Below are positions 1-10,769 of a stretch of DNA of 64,000 nucleotides, one piece after another. The DNA is from Bacteroidales bacterium (GTDB lineage: Bacteria; Bacteroidota; Bacteroidia; Bacteroidales; G963667975). Location of the stretch: assembly GCA_963667975.1 (NCBI GenBank), contig OY764079.1:1428586-1492585 (forward strand). Direction: 5' to 3'. The notes below the pieces were generated by a model. It did not search any database and was not told the DNA's origin. It saw only the letters and a program-made list of their open reading frames with translations. Position 1 is the stretch's first letter. Every line of letters begins with the position of its first letter. Made by a program: the position numbers and the translations under genes.

Positions 1-37
1 AACGATCACAATCAATAGCAAAATCCATAAACTCCAT
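1..37 (-). CDS. partial 5' end of the next dcw-cluster gene (ftsQ position), runs off the window
   Basis: An ATG at 37 on the minus strand, 13 nt after the murC stop, opens MEFMDFAIDCDR... Only 12 codons are visible, so the call rests on dcw gene order alone. Confidence 0.2.
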   Translation of the reverse strand, partial: MEFMDFAIDCDR

Positions 38-50
38 TTAAGTTTCTTTT

Positions 51-1424
51 TCATAACTTCTCCATTTTTTTACGGAATGCTTCCTCTATCGGGAGCACGA
101 GCTGGTCAATATCGCCGGCACCGAGAGTGAGTAAAACTTCCGGATTAGATTGCAAGAGATTGTCAATAAGTTTTTCTTTTGAAATGAGTTTTTTGGCAGT
201 TTTTCGAATAATATTTAAGAGTGCAGCCGACGTAACTCCTTTGATAGGCCATTCGCGTGCAGGATAGATATCGAGGAGGAAGAGTTCATCTACAAGTTCC
301 AAACTACGTGCAAACTGGTCGGCAAAATCCCGGGTTCGAGTGTAAAGATGTGGTTGAAAAACGGCTGTAATTTTTTTCCCGGGAAAGAGATGGCGCACCG
401 ATTTGATACAAGCTTCCAGTTCTGCAGGATGATGAGCATAATCATCAATGTAGCAGAATGTTGGGGTTTTTAAACGGATATCAAATCTGCGTTTAACCCC
501 TTGGAATTGAGGGAGAGATTCTCTGATTTCGTTGGGAAGAACACCGGCAAGCATTGCCAGAGCAATAGCAGCTACTGCATTTTCGATATTATGTAATCCA
601 GGATAATTCAATTGAAGGTTCTCAAGTTCTCCGAAGGGGGTGATCATATCGAAAAAATAAGAACCATTTTCAACTCTGATTCGGCGTACATGAAAGTCTG
701 CTTTTATGTTTTCCAGCGAGTATGTATAATGTTTCAGATTTTCAGGAAGTTCGGAAAGAAGTCCAATTTTGCGGATGAGAATTCCGCCTGGTTTTATTCT
801 TGAAGCAAAAGCAGAAAAAGCTTCCTGTAGCGAATGATGGTCACCATAAATATCCAGATGGTCAGCATCCATCGAGGAAATAACAGCCATTTCAGGCTCT
901 AATTGTAAAAATGAGCGGTCAAATTCATCGGCCTCAATCACTACGAAAGGACTTTCGGGCGACAGAATAAGATTGCTGTTGTAGTTTTTAGAAATCCCGC
1001 CTAGAAAAGCACTGCACCCTTTTGCAGATTGTTTCATCAAATGTGCAGTAAGTGTAGTAATCGTAGTTTTTCCATGCGTTCCGGCAATCCCAATTCCTTT
1101 TTGGTGACGGGTAAGTAATCCCAGAACTTCACTGCGTTTTTTTAAAGGGATATTATTTTGTTGAAGAAATGCAAATTCGGCATGTTCTTTGGGAATTGCA
1201 GGCGTATAGATAATCAAATCAGCATTTTCAGGAATCAGAGAAGGGTCTTCATGGTAGTGAATCTTCATCCCTTCGGCTTCAAGCTCACGGGTCAGAGGGG
1301 TAGCGGTTTTATCATAACCAGAGACATTAGCTCCTTTGGCATTGAAATAACGTGCAAGTGCACTCATTCCGATGCCACCAATGCCCAGAAAGTAAACTGT
1401 TTTTATCTCTGTTAGTCCGCTCAT
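51..1424 (-). CDS. murC: UDP-N-acetylmuramate--L-alanine ligase
   Basis: 457-aa ORF with the N-terminal GIGGIGMSALARYF fold and the GTHGKTTIT P-loop of Mur ligases. It follows murG in the dcw cluster. Confidence 0.95.
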   Translation of the reverse strand: MSGLTEIKTVYFLGIGGIGMSALARYFNAKGANVSGYDKTATPLTRELEAEGMKIHYHEDPSLIPENADLIIYTPAIPKEHAEFAFLQQNNIPLKKRSEVLGLLTRHQKGIGIAGTHGKTTITTLTAHLMKQSAKGCSAFLGGISKNYNSNLILSPESPFVVIEADEFDRSFLQLEPEMAVISSMDADHLDIYGDHHSLQEAFSAFASRIKPGGILIRKIGLLSELPENLKHYTYSLENIKADFHVRRIRVENGSYFFDMITPFGELENLQLNYPGLHNIENAVAAIALAMLAGVLPNEIRESLPQFQGVKRRFDIRLKTPTFCYIDDYAHHPAELEACIKSVRHLFPGKKITAVFQPHLYTRTRDFADQFARSLELVDELFLLDIYPAREWPIKGVTSAALLNIIRKTAKKLISKEKLIDNLLQSNPEVLLTLGAGDIDQLVLPIEEAFRKKMEKL

Positions 1425-1430
1425 CTTTGT

Positions 1431-2534
1431 TTATTTCTTTTTTTGTTGTGCTAATTTTAGAATTTCCCATGCAATATCGTTGGATGCATTGGGCTTTGCA
1501 AGTTTGGATATGTTTTTCCCAAAGCGATAACGCTGGCCTTCATCTTTAAAGAGATTTACCACGAGAGTTCCAAGTTTCTCAACAGCTTCGTTGTCGCGAA
1601 TTAGCATTGCAGCGTCTTTATTTACCAAAGCCATTGCGTTTTTGGTTTGATGATCTTCCGCAACATTTGGCGAAGGAATTAGAATAGCTGGTTTCCCGAT
1701 TAAGCAAAGTTCCGAAATAGCGATTGCACCTGCTCTGGAAACAATCATATCTGACACCTTGTAAAACTCATTCATTGCAGAAATAAAACTAAACGCTTTT
1801 ACACAGTGAAGATTATGTTGCCTGATAATCTGGTTTGCTTCGTCAATATAAAGTTTTCCGGTTTGCCATAACACCTGAATTCCGTGTTCGGCAAAGAGTT
1901 GTACTGAAGCAGCAATGCTATGGTTAATTGTGCGGGCACCAAGACTTCCTCCAACAACCAGTAAAACAGGTTTGCCAGAATCAAGTCCCAATTCCTGCAA
2001 AATTTCATTCCGATCTTTATCACATTGTGTGATAGATTGTCGTACAGGATTTCCAGTGAAAACTATTTTTGAAGGATTAAAAAATTTCTCCATTCCTTCG
2101 TACGCCACACATATTTTTTCCGCTCTGCGAGCCAGAACTTTATTGGTTATGCCGGGATATGAATTTTGCTCCTGAATTACACAGGGTACTTTTGAAAATG
2201 CTGAAACCCGCAAGGTAGGACCACTCGCGTAGCCTCCCACTCCAATTGCTACATCGGGTTTGAATGATTTCACAATTTGCAAAGCTTTAAGCAAACTTCC
2301 GACAACTTTGAATGGGAAACTGATGTTTTTATACGTAAGGCGACGTTGTAATCCGCTAATCCAAAGTCCTTCAATTTTATAGCCGGCTTCAGGTACCTTT
2401 TCCATTTCCATACGGCCTTTTGCACCGATAAAAAGGATCTCGGCTTCTTTGTCGAGGTCACATAGTGCATTTGCAATTGCAATAGCCGGGAATATATGAC
2501 CTCCGGTTCCACCACCACTTATGATATACCTCAT
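1431..2534 (-). CDS. murG: UDP-GlcNAc:lipid I N-acetylglucosaminyltransferase
   Basis: 367-aa ORF with the SGGGTGGHIFPAIAIANAL motif typical of MurG (GT28). dcw synteny supports the call. Confidence 0.95.
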   Translation of the reverse strand: MRYIISGGGTGGHIFPAIAIANALCDLDKEAEILFIGAKGRMEMEKVPEAGYKIEGLWISGLQRRLTYKNISFPFKVVGSLLKALQIVKSFKPDVAIGVGGYASGPTLRVSAFSKVPCVIQEQNSYPGITNKVLARRAEKICVAYEGMEKFFNPSKIVFTGNPVRQSITQCDKDRNEILQELGLDSGKPVLLVVGGSLGARTINHSIAASVQLFAEHGIQVLWQTGKLYIDEANQIIRQHNLHCVKAFSFISAMNEFYKVSDMIVSRAGAIAISELCLIGKPAILIPSPNVAEDHQTKNAMALVNKDAAMLIRDNEAVEKLGTLVVNLFKDEGQRYRFGKNISKLAKPNASNDIAWEILKLAQQKKK

Positions 2535-3742
2535 ACTTTACCTCCTTCCGGAACGGGTTCAGGCATTAGTGTATTTTTCCCTTCTGAAATTTCTGTTTCA
2601 GCTTTTTTTTCTTTTTCTCGTTCTATTTCAGCACTCACGCTGAGGATGATTCCGATTCCGATGCTGGTAAACCAAAGCGAAGTTCCGCCCATACTTATCA
2701 TGGGTAAAGGTTGCCCGGTTACGGGTAACAGATCGACGGCAACAAGCATGTTTATAAGCGCTTGTAATACAAGAATAAATCCAATTCCAATTGCCAGAAA
2801 TGCTCCAAATGTGCCTGGACTTCCGCGTACAATTTTCATACATCGGTAAAACAAAATAAGATATAGCAAAAGAATAAAAATGCCTCCGATTAATCCATAT
2901 TCTTCAATAATAATTGCATAGATGAAGTCGGAATAGGGGTGAGGCAAATAGTTTCGCTGATTGCTGTTCCCCGGAAGCTTGCCAAATATTTTTCCACTTG
3001 CAATTGCAATTTTGGATTGTTCCATTTGGTAGTCCCCATCGGGACTATTGTCAATGCCAACAAAAGATTCGATACGATTTTGCCATGTTCCGAAACGACC
3101 AACATTCGGATATTGATATATTAAAATAATAAAAAATGTTCCCAGAACAATCCCGACGCCTATCAGTGAAAGCATATACCTCCAGTTTATTCGCCCAATG
3201 AACATCATGATGAAACATGCTAAGAATAATATGGCAGAGGTTGAAAAGTTTGCCGGAAGAATTAACATGCAAACGCCTGCTACGGGTAATATTACCGGAA
3301 TAAAACCTTTTTTGAAATCATCAATATCTTCTTGATTACGAGCCAATACGCGGGCAACATACATCATCAGTGCCAGCTTGGCCAGGTCGGAAGTTTGAAA
3401 AGTAACATTGATTAACGGCAGTGTTAACCAACGGCTTGCCTCGTTAAGATTTGTACCGGTAAACAGTGTAAATACGAGTAGAGGCAATGTGAGAAAAAGT
3501 GCTATTTGAGAAATGCGCGAGTAATAAGTGTACTTTAACTGATGTGTAAAAAACATCAGTCCAAGACCAATAATTAATATCAGAAAATGCTTAATCAGAT
3601 AATATTCGGTATTACCAGCTTGGTATTTGTATGCCAAAGTTCCTGTTGAACTGTACACAGCCAAAATGGAAAAAATGGAGAAAACAAACACAATAAACCA
3701 GATAACCCGGTCGCCTTTCAGATATTTAAACAGCGCATTCAT
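2531..3742 (-). CDS. ftsW: FtsW/RodA/SpoVE (SEDS) family cell-division protein
   Basis: 403-aa polytopic membrane ORF between murD and murG, overlapping murG by 4 nt. Confidence 0.9.
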   Translation of the reverse strand: MNALFKYLKGDRVIWFIVFVFSIFSILAVYSSTGTLAYKYQAGNTEYYLIKHFLILIIGLGLMFFTHQLKYTYYSRISQIALFLTLPLLVFTLFTGTNLNEASRWLTLPLINVTFQTSDLAKLALMMYVARVLARNQEDIDDFKKGFIPVILPVAGVCMLILPANFSTSAILFLACFIMMFIGRINWRYMLSLIGVGIVLGTFFIILIYQYPNVGRFGTWQNRIESFVGIDNSPDGDYQMEQSKIAIASGKIFGKLPGNSNQRNYLPHPYSDFIYAIIIEEYGLIGGIFILLLYLILFYRCMKIVRGSPGTFGAFLAIGIGFILVLQALINMLVAVDLLPVTGQPLPMISMGGTSLWFTSIGIGIILSVSAEIEREKEKKAETEISEGKNTLMPEPVPEGGKV

Positions 3743-3751
3743 CGCTTTGGA

Positions 3752-5101
3752 TTATAGTTCGTTAATTGCTTCTTTGAACTGACGACCACGATCTTCGAAG
3801 TTTTCGAATAAATCGAAACTTGCACAAGCGGGTGAAAGTAATACAACGTTTTCTTCTTCAGCAAGATAGTAGGCTTTTTCTACAGCTTCTTTTGCTGAAC
3901 GTGCTTCCACGATGGTTGGAACCAGCCCCTGAAACTCTTCAATGATTTTTGAATTGTCGACACCCAAACAAATAATGGCTTTCACGCGTTCGCGTACCAA
4001 TGCTTTAAGTGAAGTGTAATCATTTCCTTTGTCTAAACCGCCCGCAATCCAGATTACGGGTTTTGTCATGCTTTCTAAAGCATACCAGGTTGAGTTTACA
4101 TTGGTGGCTTTCGAATCGTTGATAAATTCAATACCGTGTACTTTGGCAACATATTCAAGACGGTGAGGAATGCTTTCAAATTCAGCAAAGCTCTTGCGAA
4201 TTACTGATTTGCGTATTCCCTGAATTCTGCCGGAAATGCCTGCTGCCATCGAATTGTACACATTGTGCTTTCCTTGTAAGGCTAATCGTTCGATGTTCAT
4301 GGTCATCGGGTTTTGATGTATGTTTATAATAAGTTCTTTTTCATTGAGATATGCACCTTCGCCTTCGATTTTTCGTTTGATGGAGAAGGGGTATTGTTTT
4401 GCTTTGGGTTTGAAAAGTTTAAGGCCGTTCAACGTAGCCTCATCATCTGCACAGTAAATAAAAGCATCATTGGCAGTTTGATTTTGCAGAATTCTGAACT
4501 TTGAAGCAGTATACTTTTCAAAGGAGTGGTCATATCTGTCGAGATGATCGGGTGTGATGTTGGTGATGATTGCAATATCAGCTTTGAAGTTATACATGTG
4601 GTCGAGCTGAAAACTGCTGATTTCTAAAATGTAGATATCGTAGTTTTCAGTAGCAACCTGCAACGCAAAGCTTTTTCCTACATTCCCGGCCAGACCGACG
4701 TTAAGTCCTGCATTTTGAAACAGAAAGTGCGTAAGCATGGTTGTTGTGGTTTTTCCATTGCTTCCCGTGATGCAGATTTTTTTTGCAGTGGTGTAGCGTG
4801 CTGCAAATTCCAGTTCGTCAATAATGGGGATGTGATGTGCCGTGATTTTTTGAATCAGAGCAATATGGTCGGGAATTCCGGGACTTTTAATTATTTCGTC
4901 CGCTTCCAGAATTCGGGATTCGGAATGTTTCCCTTCTTCAAACTCAATCTTATATTTTCGGAGTAGTTCCTTATGATCTTCTTTAATTGTTCCTTTATCC
5001 GAAACAAAAACATGATGTCCTTTGCAAGCTGCTAAAACAGCTGCACCGGTACCGCTTTCACCAGCTCCAAGGACTATGATATTTTTGAGTTCGGTATTCA
5101 T
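3752..5101 (-). CDS. murD: UDP-N-acetylmuramoylalanine--D-glutamate ligase
   Basis: 449-aa ORF with the VLGAGESGTGAA dinucleotide fold and the GSNGKTTTT P-loop. dcw synteny supports the call. Confidence 0.95.
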   Translation of the reverse strand: MNTELKNIIVLGAGESGTGAAVLAACKGHHVFVSDKGTIKEDHKELLRKYKIEFEEGKHSESRILEADEIIKSPGIPDHIALIQKITAHHIPIIDELEFAARYTTAKKICITGSNGKTTTTMLTHFLFQNAGLNVGLAGNVGKSFALQVATENYDIYILEISSFQLDHMYNFKADIAIITNITPDHLDRYDHSFEKYTASKFRILQNQTANDAFIYCADDEATLNGLKLFKPKAKQYPFSIKRKIEGEGAYLNEKELIINIHQNPMTMNIERLALQGKHNVYNSMAAGISGRIQGIRKSVIRKSFAEFESIPHRLEYVAKVHGIEFINDSKATNVNSTWYALESMTKPVIWIAGGLDKGNDYTSLKALVRERVKAIICLGVDNSKIIEEFQGLVPTIVEARSAKEAVEKAYYLAEEENVVLLSPACASFDLFENFEDRGRQFKEAINEL

Positions 5102-5105
5102 TTTC

Positions 5106-6359
5106 TTAGCGAAGTTTCAGGGTTACGATGGTTATGATTGCCAGCATAAAGCCGATGATAAAAAAGCGTTGAACGATTTTTGCTTCAGCATATCCTTTTT
5201 TCTGGAAATGATGATGTAATGGGGACATCAGAAAAATACGACGACCTTCTCCATATTTTTTCTTGGTATATTTAAAGTAGCTTACCTGCATCATTACAGA
5301 AATATTTTCGATCAGGAAAATACCACATAAAATCGGGATTAACAGCTCTTTACGGATTAAAATTGCAAATACGGCAATGATTCCGCCGATAGAAAGACTT
5401 CCTGTGTCGCCCATAAATACCTGTGCGGGGTAAGTATTATACCAAAGAAACCCAACGGTTGCTCCTACAAATGCACTGATGAAGATTGCAAGCTCTCCTG
5501 TATTTGGCAGGTACATAATATTCAGATAATCAGAAAATATTATATTTCCCGAAACCCATGAGAGCATAGCCAGCGTCCCTCCGATAATGGCAGAGGATCC
5601 TGCCGCAAGTCCATCAATTCCATCTGTTAGGTTTGCTCCATTTGAAACGGCTGTGATGATAATTACTACCAATGGAATAAATACTAACCATGCATAAGTA
5701 CGGTAATTATTACCAATCCATGCGATAAGCTGTGCATAGTCAAACTCATTATTTTTAACAAAAGGAATGGTTGTTTTGGTTGATTTTACAGTGGTTCTGC
5801 TTAGTTCTTCTTTTGCTTTTTCATATTGAGTTTCGTTCAGAACATTATGCGTTTCAACGTATTGTTGAGTTGATATTTTTTCACGAATCACGATGTCGGG
5901 ATGGAAATACATAGTTGCACCCACAACAAGTCCTAGAACAACTTGTCCCAGTATCTTGAATTTTCCAGCCAGTCCTTTTTTGTCTTTTTTGAATACCTTG
6001 ATGTAATCATCTAAAAATCCGATAAATCCAAGCCAAATGGTGGTGAAAAGCATCAATAGAATATAGATATTATTCAGTTTTGCAAAAAGTAAGGTTGGAA
6101 CCAGAATAGATCCCAGAATAATTAAACCACCCATGGTAGGGGTTCCCTGTTTTTCTAATTGGCCTTGTAACCCTAAATCGCGAACGGTTTCGCCAACTTG
6201 CTTTTTTCGGAGATACAGTATCAGGCTTTTGCCGAATATCATTGAAATGGTTAATGAAACAATTACGGCCATTGCTGCTCTGAATGAGATGTATTGAAAC
6301 ACACCGGCTCCGGGGAAGTCGAAAGTTTTGTCGAGATAGGTGAAAATGTAATATAACAT
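5106..6359 (-). CDS. mraY: phospho-N-acetylmuramoyl-pentapeptide transferase
   Basis: 417-aa membrane ORF with the MraY motifs [18 protein letters not shown] and [13 protein letters not shown]. Confidence 0.95.
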   Translation of the reverse strand: MLYYIFTYLDKTFDFPGAGVFQYISFRAAMAVIVSLTISMIFGKSLILYLRKKQVGETVRDLGLQGQLEKQGTPTMGGLIILGSILVPTLLFAKLNNIYILLMLFTTIWLGFIGFLDDYIKVFKKDKKGLAGKFKILGQVVLGLVVGATMYFHPDIVIREKISTQQYVETHNVLNETQYEKAKEELSRTTVKSTKTTIPFVKNNEFDYAQLIAWIGNNYRTYAWLVFIPLVVIIITAVSNGANLTDGIDGLAAGSSAIIGGTLAMLSWVSGNIIFSDYLNIMYLPNTGELAIFISAFVGATVGFLWYNTYPAQVFMGDTGSLSIGGIIAVFAILIRKELLIPILCGIFLIENISVMMQVSYFKYTKKKYGEGRRIFLMSPLHHHFQKKGYAEAKIVQRFFIIGFMLAIITIVTLKLR

Positions 6360-6374
6360 CGCTCTCAGTTTTGA

Positions 6375-7847
6375 TTATTGAATATGTTGATTCCGGAGAA
6401 CAAAAAATGCAGCCAGTTCTTCTTTATCATCAAAGTGATGACGAACACCTTTTATTTCCTGATATTTTTCATGTCCTTTGCCGGCAACAAGAATGATATC
6501 ACCTGGTTGAGCCAGCATGTTTGCAGTTTTAATAGCTTCGCGGCGGTTCACGATGGAAAGGACTTTGCGTTGATACGTTAATTCAACCCCTTTCATCATT
6601 TCTTCGAGAATTTCTTCAGGCTCTTCACTACGTGGATTGTCGGAAGTCAGAATAACTTTCTCACTCATTTCGCAGGCTATTTTTGCCATAACCGGGCGTT
6701 TTGCCGCATCGCGGTCACCACCACAGCCAACAACAGTGATAATGCTTTCACCACCGTTACGGATATTGTGAATAGTTGATAATACATTTTGTAGTGCATC
6801 AGGAGTATGTGCATAGTCAACAATGCCGGTAACATCATCCTGAGAACGAATGTACTCGAAACGACCTTCTACGCTGTTCATTGTACTGAGTGCTGTGAGA
6901 ACCTGTTCGCGGTCGGCATTCAGTAAAATCGCGGTAGCATAAACTGCTAGTAAATTGTAAGCATTGAAGCTTCCAACCAAGCGGGTATATATTTCGGTAC
7001 CGTCAACTACTAAATGAAGCCCCTGAAAAGCATTTTCAAGTATTTTGCATTTGAAATCAGCCATGCTTTTCAGGCTGTATGTATGCTTCTCAGCTTTAGT
7101 GTTTTGGAGCATAACCATCCCGTTCCGATCATCAATATTAGTTAAGGCAAACGCAGTTTTGGGCAGATTGTCAAAAAACGCTTTTTTAGCTTTGATATAT
7201 TCATCAAAGGTTTTATGAAAATCAAGATGATCGTGTGTAATGTTGCTGAAAATGCCTCCCTGAAAGGTTAATCCTGCAATGCGTTGTTGCACAACGGAGT
7301 GTGAACTTACTTCCATAAAACAGTAATCGCAACCGTTTTTAATCATTTCGGAAAGAAGTTTGTTGAGCTGCAATGCATCCGGAGTCGTATGTGTTGATGG
7401 AATATCTTTATCAATAATCTTATTTCCAATGGTAGAAAGTAAACCGCAGGCATATCCTAAGTCCGAAAAAAGCCTGTATAAAAGAGTAGCGGTAGTTGTT
7501 TTACCGTTCGTTCCGGTTACTCCTATAAGTTTAAGTTTTGAAGAAGGATTATTGTAATAGTTTGAAGCAAGAATACCCAATGCTTTTGCTGAGTTCCGGA
7601 CTAAAATGTAGCATACATCAGTCTTTAGCTTTTCAGGAAGCTCTTCACAAACAATGGCTGTAGCCCCACGTTCGATGCAGGAATCAATGAATTGATGCCC
7701 GTCCACACGTGTTCCACGTTGGGCAACAAATAATGTTCCCGGCTCAATAACTCTTGAGTCGAAACTGATGGAAGAGACGGATATTGCTGTATTTCCTTCT
7801 GTTTGAACTATTTCAATGGAGTTTAGTATGTTGTTGAGCGCTTTCAC
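6375..7847 (-). CDS. murE: UDP-MurNAc-L-Ala-D-Glu--2,6-diaminopimelate ligase
   Basis: 490-aa ORF with the GVTGTNGKTTT P-loop and a DNPR motif (TSDNPRSEEP), which is characteristic of meso-DAP-adding MurE. Confidence 0.95.
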   Translation of the reverse strand: MKALNNILNSIEIVQTEGNTAISVSSISFDSRVIEPGTLFVAQRGTRVDGHQFIDSCIERGATAIVCEELPEKLKTDVCYILVRNSAKALGILASNYYNNPSSKLKLIGVTGTNGKTTTATLLYRLFSDLGYACGLLSTIGNKIIDKDIPSTHTTPDALQLNKLLSEMIKNGCDYCFMEVSSHSVVQQRIAGLTFQGGIFSNITHDHLDFHKTFDEYIKAKKAFFDNLPKTAFALTNIDDRNGMVMLQNTKAEKHTYSLKSMADFKCKILENAFQGLHLVVDGTEIYTRLVGSFNAYNLLAVYATAILLNADREQVLTALSTMNSVEGRFEYIRSQDDVTGIVDYAHTPDALQNVLSTIHNIRNGGESIITVVGCGGDRDAAKRPVMAKIACEMSEKVILTSDNPRSEEPEEILEEMMKGVELTYQRKVLSIVNRREAIKTANMLAQPGDIILVAGKGHEKYQEIKGVRHHFDDKEELAAFFVLRNQHIQ

Positions 7848-7860
7848 AGTTTCTGGTTTA

Positions 7861-10353
7861 TTATCTTGATTTATTTTTATCGGACTTGTTGGTCTTTTTA
7901 TCTTTCTCAGCTTTTTTAGTACCTTTAGAGGTTTCTTTCTTTTTGTCTTTTGGTTTTTCTGCTTCTTTTTTCTTTTTTATCTTCTCTTCCTTTTTCTTTT
8001 CTGTTAACTTCTTGGATGTGTCGGTTTTTTTCTTTTCGCTTTCCTTTGGCTTCAGAGCCTCTTTTTTGTTTTTTTCGCTCTTTTTCTGATCTTCTGGTTT
8101 TTTCTTTTCCGGTTTTGAGGTTGAGTCGGTGATTACGACTGTTTCGCTGTTTGGTGCTTTTGTAGTGTCGGAAACGGAAAATGAGAAATCATTACTTAAT
8201 CCACAATTTTTGGGAGGAGCCAGTTTTAAAATGATTTTCTGGCCTTTGATAAGAATTGATCCTGGTGGTACACTTTGGTTTACAACTCTTCCACGACCAA
8301 GAGCAGTTGCATTCATTCCCGCTTTTTCGAGAAGATAAATTGCATCACGAACTCCCATCCCTACTACATTTGGAACAGCTCCGCGAGTAATAGCGTATGT
8401 ACTATATTTTGGAATAGAATCCATTTTATTTGCGCTTACCCAAAGTGAGCTAATATCTTCGGTTTCGATGGGTTGTCCTACAAAACGCAGAATGGTTAAT
8501 AAATCAGGCTGATAAGCTGCTCTTACAAAAGGAGGACGAACCTTTATTGAATCAGGATTTTCTTTTGCAGAGATACCTAATTGTGTTGCATACACTTTGT
8601 CGGCAATTTCTTTGAATACAGGTGCTGCGACTTCTCCACCATAGATTTTATTCTTTTTGGGCCCATTCACAACTACAATACAGGAATATTTGGGGTTGTC
8701 GGCAGGAAAATAGCCAACAAAAGAAGCTTTGTAATTGAGAGCTTCATCTTTATTGTAATAGTTAAGTTGAGCAGTACCAGTTTTTCCTGCAATTTTATAG
8801 ACGGATTTACGTAAGCTCTTTGCGGTACCATTTTTGCCGGAAACAACATTCTCAAGAAGCGTTTTTACTTTATTAACAGTGCTTTCGGAGCAAATAGAAC
8901 TCTTGAGTACTACCGGGTCGAATTTTTGGATGAGTTTTCCGGTTAAGCGGATTTCTTTCACAACATGCGGTTTCATGAGCTTTCCATTATTCGCCACAGC
9001 ATTATACAATGCAAGTGTTTGTAATGGTGTAATTTTTAATTCGTAACCTATTGACATCCATGGAAGAGATGTGGCTGACCATGTTTTGCTGTCAGTGTTT
9101 TTTACATAAGGCTTTCCTTCCCCTTTAAGTTCAATTCCTAAAGGTTTATTTAATCCCATCTCATGCAGATGGTCAACGAATTTTTGAGGGTTTTCTGAAA
9201 AACTTTTTACTACAGCTTTTGATATTCCAACGTTTGATGAAACTTCAAAAGCTTTGGCAAGCGTTATATTTCCATAACCTTCTTCGTGCGAATCTTCCAT
9301 TTTACGGTTTGCCATCATCGCAATTCCGGTTGGTACAATGGCATTAGTGTCAAGCTTTCCTTCTTCTAATACTGCAATTGTTGAAGCGAGTTTAAATGTG
9401 GACCCCGGTTCTCCACTTTCCCAGATTGCGTAATTAATATCTTCGCCGTAGCTTCCGTCGGCATGGCGTTTTAGATTGGCAATCGCTCTTATTTCGCCAG
9501 TTGCTACTTCCATTAGAATAGCACAACCATGATCTGCTTCGTTGGAGTCGAGGCATTTCATCAGGGCACTTTCGGCAACATCTTGAATTCGGGTATCAAT
9601 AGTGGTAATGATATCTTTTCCGTTTTCAGGATCCATTTCATTTGCATTTTCTACCTGACGCCATACTCCATTTGCTATTTTACGCATTAGTCGTTTTCCG
9701 CTTACGCCGGCAAGTTCTTTGTGGAAAGCTCCTTCTATTCCAACATAAATATTGTCATGCTCTTTGCGATATCCGATAGTACGGCTTGCCATCATTTTGT
9801 ATGGCATTAAACGGAAGTCTTTTTCTTCAATAATTACGCCTCCTTTGTAACGTCCTTTCCGTAAAATTGGGAATGTACGAAGCTTTTTAAGTTGTGAATA
9901 GTTGATATTTTTGGCAATTAGCAGGTCTCTTTTTTTCTTCTTACGACCGTTTTTAAGGTATTTCTTAAATTCATCTTTTGATTTCTGGGGGAATAATTTT
10001 GACAGACATAGAGCAAGAGAATCCAGATTTTCGCGGAATGTGCTATCAGGAACTACTTTACGATGCATATCCATGCGAACATCAAAAATGGGTACAGAAG
10101 TAGCCAGTAGATTAGAATCGGCAGAAATGATATTTCCACGAATTGCATCTACATTTTCGTAGCGAAGGGTTAAATTTTCGGCACGGCTTCGCCATTTATC
10201 ACCTTCTACAAACTGAATTTTGATAACCCGGAAAACAATAACGATTGCTATTACAAGCAATAACATGTAGATAAGGTAGATACGGCCTAATATGTCTCTT
10301 CTTTCGTCTTTCATGTTCATTTGCCGCCTATTCTTTTTCGGTTGGTTGTACAA
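7861..10353 (-). CDS. ftsI: penicillin-binding protein 3 / FtsI transpeptidase with a PASTA-like domain and a lysine-rich C-terminal tail
   Basis: 830-aa ORF with an N-terminal TM helix and the motifs STFK, SSN and KTGT. A PASTA-like segment (VPNVVGMGVRDAIYLLEKAG...) is followed by a low-complexity tail of about 118 aa. The true start may be the ATG at 10320, after the ftsL stop. Confidence 0.9.
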   Translation of the reverse strand: MYNQPKKNRRQMNMKDERRDILGRIYLIYMLLLVIAIVIVFRVIKIQFVEGDKWRSRAENLTLRYENVDAIRGNIISADSNLLATSVPIFDVRMDMHRKVVPDSTFRENLDSLALCLSKLFPQKSKDEFKKYLKNGRKKKKRDLLIAKNINYSQLKKLRTFPILRKGRYKGGVIIEEKDFRLMPYKMMASRTIGYRKEHDNIYVGIEGAFHKELAGVSGKRLMRKIANGVWRQVENANEMDPENGKDIITTIDTRIQDVAESALMKCLDSNEADHGCAILMEVATGEIRAIANLKRHADGSYGEDINYAIWESGEPGSTFKLASTIAVLEEGKLDTNAIVPTGIAMMANRKMEDSHEEGYGNITLAKAFEVSSNVGISKAVVKSFSENPQKFVDHLHEMGLNKPLGIELKGEGKPYVKNTDSKTWSATSLPWMSIGYELKITPLQTLALYNAVANNGKLMKPHVVKEIRLTGKLIQKFDPVVLKSSICSESTVNKVKTLLENVVSGKNGTAKSLRKSVYKIAGKTGTAQLNYYNKDEALNYKASFVGYFPADNPKYSCIVVVNGPKKNKIYGGEVAAPVFKEIADKVYATQLGISAKENPDSIKVRPPFVRAAYQPDLLTILRFVGQPIETEDISSLWVSANKMDSIPKYSTYAITRGAVPNVVGMGVRDAIYLLEKAGMNATALGRGRVVNQSVPPGSILIKGQKIILKLAPPKNCGLSNDFSFSVSDTTKAPNSETVVITDSTSKPEKKKPEDQKKSEKNKKEALKPKESEKKKTDTSKKLTEKKKEEKIKKKKEAEKPKDKKKETSKGTKKAEKDKKTNKSDKNKSR

Positions 10354-10768
10354 TGATTTTCGAAGGAGGTGCTACCGACTCTTTGATGCCCGTAGAGTCG
10401 AGCCTGTGTGCAACTTCCGACTGCTGACTGTTGTATATCAGGGTCGATTTGGTTGATATGTGTTCAAAACGGAGCTCCTTTAGCTCTTTTTTAATTGATT
10501 CTATTTCACGAACCGTTTTGTCACCCCAGTAACTATTGGCAATATAAAGAATTCCAATTACCGACAAAAAGAGGAAAAACGGTATAAGTTTTAAAACACT
10601 TTCACGTGTAAGAACCGAACCATCCATCACATTAATAACAGCACTTCCAAATGAAGTGTCTTTTGGTTTTGGAATCCGAAATAAACTCTTTCCTTTTTTT
10701 GCTTTCTTTTTCTTTTCGGAAGAGTTATTGCTTGGTTCTGTTGGTGTTATGATTACATTTTTTGCCAT
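10328..10768 (-). CDS. Bacteroidota-type FtsL-like cell-division protein
   Basis: 146-aa ORF with a basic N-terminus, one TM helix and a coiled-coil-like segment (IESIKKELKELRFEH). It lies between rsmH and ftsI. Confidence 0.75.
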   Translation of the reverse strand: MAKNVIITPTEPSNNSSEKKKKAKKGKSLFRIPKPKDTSFGSAVINVMDGSVLTRESVLKLIPFFLFLSVIGILYIANSYWGDKTVREIESIKKELKELRFEHISTKSTLIYNSQQSEVAHRLDSTGIKESVAPPSKIIVQPTEKE

Positions 10769-10769
10769 G

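Noticed and set aside
5102-7860. Absence of murF between murE and mraY
   Set aside because: To my knowledge this is the usual dcw arrangement in Bacteroidota, so it is not an anomaly.
7886-8132. Plus-strand F/S/L-rich ORFs (7886..8089 and 7950..8132)
   Set aside because: They are antisense shadows of the lysine-rich (AAG/AAA) tail of ftsI. They are low complexity and lie entirely inside a well-supported gene.
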